DNA of 32,000 nt from Candidatus Methylomirabilis oxygeniifera (GTDB lineage: Bacteria > Methylomirabilota > Methylomirabilia > Methylomirabilales > Methylomirabilaceae): the NCBI GenBank assembly GCA_000091165.1, contig FP565575.1:450001-482000 (forward strand), given 5' to 3'. The notes beneath the pieces were generated by a model. The model ran no database searches and was not told the DNA's origin. It saw only the letters and a program-made list of their open reading frames with translations. Both the position numbers and the translations under genes were made by a program. Positions within the stretch are counted from its first letter, which is position 1. Each line of letters starts with the position of its first letter. Positions 29,589 through 32,000 of the stretch are shown in pieces.

Positions 29589-29671
29589 AGCTGTCAGCGT
29601 CGAGCTGTCGGCTTGAGATGACAATCAGGGACGATTCATAACGTCGGACTGATCGCTGAAGGCTGACAGCT
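29589..29671. repeat. Bipartite heptad repeat element with 10-bp perfect outer inverted repeat
   Basis: AGCTGTCAGC (29589-29598) is the exact reverse complement of GCTGACAGCT (29662-29671); left arm GCTGTCA GCGTCGA GCTGTCG GC, right arm TGATCGC TGAAGGC TGACAGC. Confidence 0.8.
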
Positions 29672-29693
29672 TCTACCAAATGGCGGAGGTGTG

Positions 29694-30401
29694 ATGGGAC
29701 AGAAGGTACACCCTGTAGGATTTCGGCTGGGATTCATCAAGCCGTGGAGGTCGAGATGGTTTGCCATGAAGGGTTATGCGGATGCCCTGCATGAAGACCT
29801 CAAGTTCCGGCGTTTTATCAAGGAACGGGTTTACCACGCCGGTGTATCCGGGATCGATATCGAGCGAAAGGCCGATCAGATTCGCGTCGTGATCCACACC
29901 GCCAGACCCGGCATTATTATCGGAAAGAAGGGCTCCGAGGTCGACAAGCTGAAAGCCGCCCTCTCCGGTATGACAAAGAAACCGATTCAGTTGGACATCG
30001 TCGAAGTTCGAAGAGCGGAACTTGATGCCCAATTGATCGCTGAACAGATCGCCTCCCAATTGATGCGCCGAGTCGCGTTCAGACGGGCTATGAAAAAGAC
30101 CGTACAGTCCTCGATGCGGCTGGGGGCGCAGGGGGTTCAGATCGCATGCGCCGGCCGGCTGGCCGGGGCGGAGATTGCGCGTAGAGAATGGTATCGTGAG
30201 GGACGGATGCCGTTGAACACGCTGCGGGCGAACATCGACTACGGGTTTACCCAGGCGAAGACCACATATGGGCTGATCGGGGTCAAGTGCTGGGTTTACC
30301 ATGGTGAGGCGATGCCGGACACGCTGGCGGCTAAACAGGAACGGGAGATACCCCAAGCGGCCCCGCGAAGGCCCAGGGGGCCCAGCCCGGCACAGGGTTA
30401 G
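29694..30401 (+). CDS. rpsC: 30S ribosomal protein S3
   Basis: [25 protein letters not shown] domain [20 protein letters not shown]; ATG 29694 behind GGAGG. Confidence 0.96.
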   Translation: MGQKVHPVGFRLGFIKPWRSRWFAMKGYADALHEDLKFRRFIKERVYHAGVSGIDIERKADQIRVVIHTARPGIIIGKKGSEVDKLKAALSGMTKKPIQLDIVEVRRAELDAQLIAEQIASQLMRRVAFRRAMKKTVQSSMRLGAQGVQIACAGRLAGAEIARREWYREGRMPLNTLRANIDYGFTQAKTTYGLIGVKCWVYHGEAMPDTLAAKQEREIPQAAPRRPRGPSPAQG

Positions 30402-30409
30402 GACACGCG

Positions 30410-30829
30410 ATGCTGGCACCAAAGCGAGTAAAATTTCGGAAGCAACACCGGGGTAGACGGTCGGGAATCGCAGTTGCCGGATCGGCGTTGGCCTTTGGGG
30501 AATACGGTCTGAAGGCGCTGGAAGCGGCTTGGATTACCAATCGGCAGATCGAGGCAGCCCGTCGCGCCATGACGCGCCATATTAAGAGAGGCGGCAAGGT
30601 GTGGATCCGGATCTTCCCCGATAAGCCGATTACGAAGAAGCCCGCCGAGACCCGGATGGGTAAAGGGAAGGGCGCGCCGGAAGGTTGGGTGGCGGTAGTG
30701 AAGCCCGGACGGGTGCTGTGTGAGATGGAGGGGGTGACGGAGGCGATCGCGAAAGAGGCTATGCGTCTTGCCGCCCATAAACTGCCGATCTCCACGCGAT
30801 TTGTATCACGTACAATGGCGATGAGCTGA
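30410..30829 (+). CDS. rplP: 50S ribosomal protein L16
   Basis: [19 protein letters not shown]...[59 protein letters not shown]. Confidence 0.97.
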   Translation: MLAPKRVKFRKQHRGRRSGIAVAGSALAFGEYGLKALEAAWITNRQIEAARRAMTRHIKRGGKVWIRIFPDKPITKKPAETRMGKGKGAPEGWVAVVKPGRVLCEMEGVTEAIAKEAMRLAAHKLPISTRFVSRTMAMS

Positions 30830-30837
30830 GGACGACG

Positions 30838-31059
30838 ATGGATGCGAAAGCGTTTCGTCAACTGGGCGCGGCGGAGTTGGAGCAAAAACTCCACGACACA
30901 AGAGATGAGCTTTTTAAGCTGAAGCTGAGGGCCTCGGTCGCGCAACTTGAAAACCCCGCGCGTATCCGGAAACTTCGTCGACAGATTGCCGTCGGAGAGA
31001 CGGTGCGGAGAGAGTCCTTGCGTAAACAGACAGCATCAGAGGTGGAGCCTGCGCCATGA
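30838..31059 (+). CDS. rpmC: 50S ribosomal protein L29
   Basis: [48 protein letters not shown]. Confidence 0.93.
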   Translation: MDAKAFRQLGAAELEQKLHDTRDELFKLKLRASVAQLENPARIRKLRRQIAVGETVRRESLRKQTASEVEPAP

Positions 31060-31325
31060 CCGAACCGAAGAAAAGAGGACGTCGAAAATCCTTAGTGGGG
31101 GTCGTGGTGAGCAACAAGATGCAAAAGACTGTTGTCGTCATGGTTGAGCGCCTCGTGCGACATGAGGCATACGGTAAGATGGTTCGTTGTCGGACGAAGA
31201 TGAAAGCCCACGATGAGGACAATCGATGCGGGATGGGCGATAAGGTAGCCATCGAAGAGGCTCGACCTCTGAGTAAAGAGAAACATTGGCGGGTCACGGA
31301 AATCCTGCAGAAGGCGACTGTTTAA
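31056..31325 (+). CDS. rpsQ: 30S ribosomal protein S17
   Basis: [72 protein letters not shown]; 4-nt overlap with rpmC. Confidence 0.96.
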   Translation: MTEPKKRGRRKSLVGVVVSNKMQKTVVVMVERLVRHEAYGKMVRCRTKMKAHDEDNRCGMGDKVAIEEARPLSKEKHWRVTEILQKATV

Positions 31326-31340
31326 TCCCCTGGAGCAATT

Positions 31341-31709
31341 ATGATTGGTTTGCGAACAATTATGGAGGTGGCCGACAATTCCGGCGCCAAACGGATTTCT
31401 CTGATTAAGGTACTGGGAGGATCCGGCAAGCGGTACGCTCGCTTGGGCGATGTGATCGTCGCGAACGTGAAGGAGGCGGTCCCGGAGGGTTCGGTGAAGA
31501 AGGGCGCCGTCGTGAAGGCGGTTGTGGTCAGGACGTCGAAAGAGCTGCGACGCTCGGATGGCTCTTATATCAAATTCGATCGAAACGCCGCGGTGCTGCT
31601 GAACGAACAGAATAACCCGGTGGGTACGCGGATTTTCGGTCCGGTGGCCCGAGAGCTGCGTGAAGCGCGGTTTATGAAGATTATCTCCCTGGCGCCAGAG
31701 GTGGTTTGA
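31341..31709 (+). CDS. rplN: 50S ribosomal protein L14
   Basis: [37 protein letters not shown]...[36 protein letters not shown]. Confidence 0.97.
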   Translation: MIGLRTIMEVADNSGAKRISLIKVLGGSGKRYARLGDVIVANVKEAVPEGSVKKGAVVKAVVVRTSKELRRSDGSYIKFDRNAAVLLNEQNNPVGTRIFGPVARELREARFMKIISLAPEVV

Positions 31710-31736
31710 GGTCGCGAGGGTTGAATCTGTGAGGAC

Positions 31737-32000
31737 ATGATGGCAGTGGGACAGGGGCTTCCGATCAAGAAAAACGATCTGGTCGCCGTAATTGCAGGGA
31801 AGGACAAGGGGAAGCGGGGCAAGATCGTCAAGGTCATCCCCAAGACTACGCGAGTCCTGGTGGAAAAGGTGAATCTGGTGAAACGCCACACCAAGCCGGG
31901 ACGCGATTCGAAGCAGGGGGGAATTCTTGAACGCGAGAACCCGATACACGCCTCGAACCTGATGTTGGTGTGTAACAAGTGCGATCGTCCTGTCCGCGTC
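31737..32000 (+). CDS. rplX: 50S ribosomal protein L24 (3' truncated by window edge)
   Basis: Translated by eye, open to the window end: [88 protein letters not shown]; absent from the ORF track because no stop is present. Confidence 0.95.
   Translation, partial: MMAVGQGLPIKKNDLVAVIAGKDKGKRGKIVKVIPKTTRVLVEKVNLVKRHTKPGRDSKQGGILERENPIHASNLMLVCNKCDRPVRV

Noticed and set aside
31092-31949. 285-aa antisense ORF across rpsQ, rplN and rplX
   Set aside because: Overlaps three confidently identified ribosomal protein genes on the + strand; composition-driven open frame.

Overview
The window is a GC-rich bacterial housekeeping locus with nearly all genes on the + strand. It carries the 3' part of dnaB, then radA, carD, a YacL-like PIN/TRAM protein gene, ispD, ispF, cysS, rlmB, four tRNAs (Thr-UGU, Tyr-GUA, Gly-UCC, Thr-GGU), tuf copy 1, rpmG (not in the supplied ORF track), tRNA-Trp, secE, nusG, rplK, rplA, rplJ, rplL, rpoB, rpoC, rpsL, rpsG, fusA, tuf copy 2, rpsJ, rplC, rplD, rplW, rplB, rpsS, rplV, rpsC, rplP, rpmC, rpsQ, rplN and the 5' part of rplX. 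I see no CRISPR array, transposon or defence island. The genes are ordinary; the least ordinary signal is in the spacers. At least eight intergenic gaps hold short elements built from degenerate 7-bp units. Most have a left arm of heptads, a 10-40 nt non-repeat centre and a right arm that is roughly the reverse complement, and several unrelated heptad families share this layout. Other points: a G7-tract frameshift that truncates ispD, with a repeat element directly abutting its start codon; two tuf copies that look identical from the start codon to 5 nt past the stop; a consensus promoter that would make the carD mRNA leaderless; a 13-nt perfect anti-SD match before the PIN/TRAM gene; and an overlapping small ORF at the start of secE. 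The source lineage may be NC10/Methylomirabilis-like, but that is only an impression from gene content and order.
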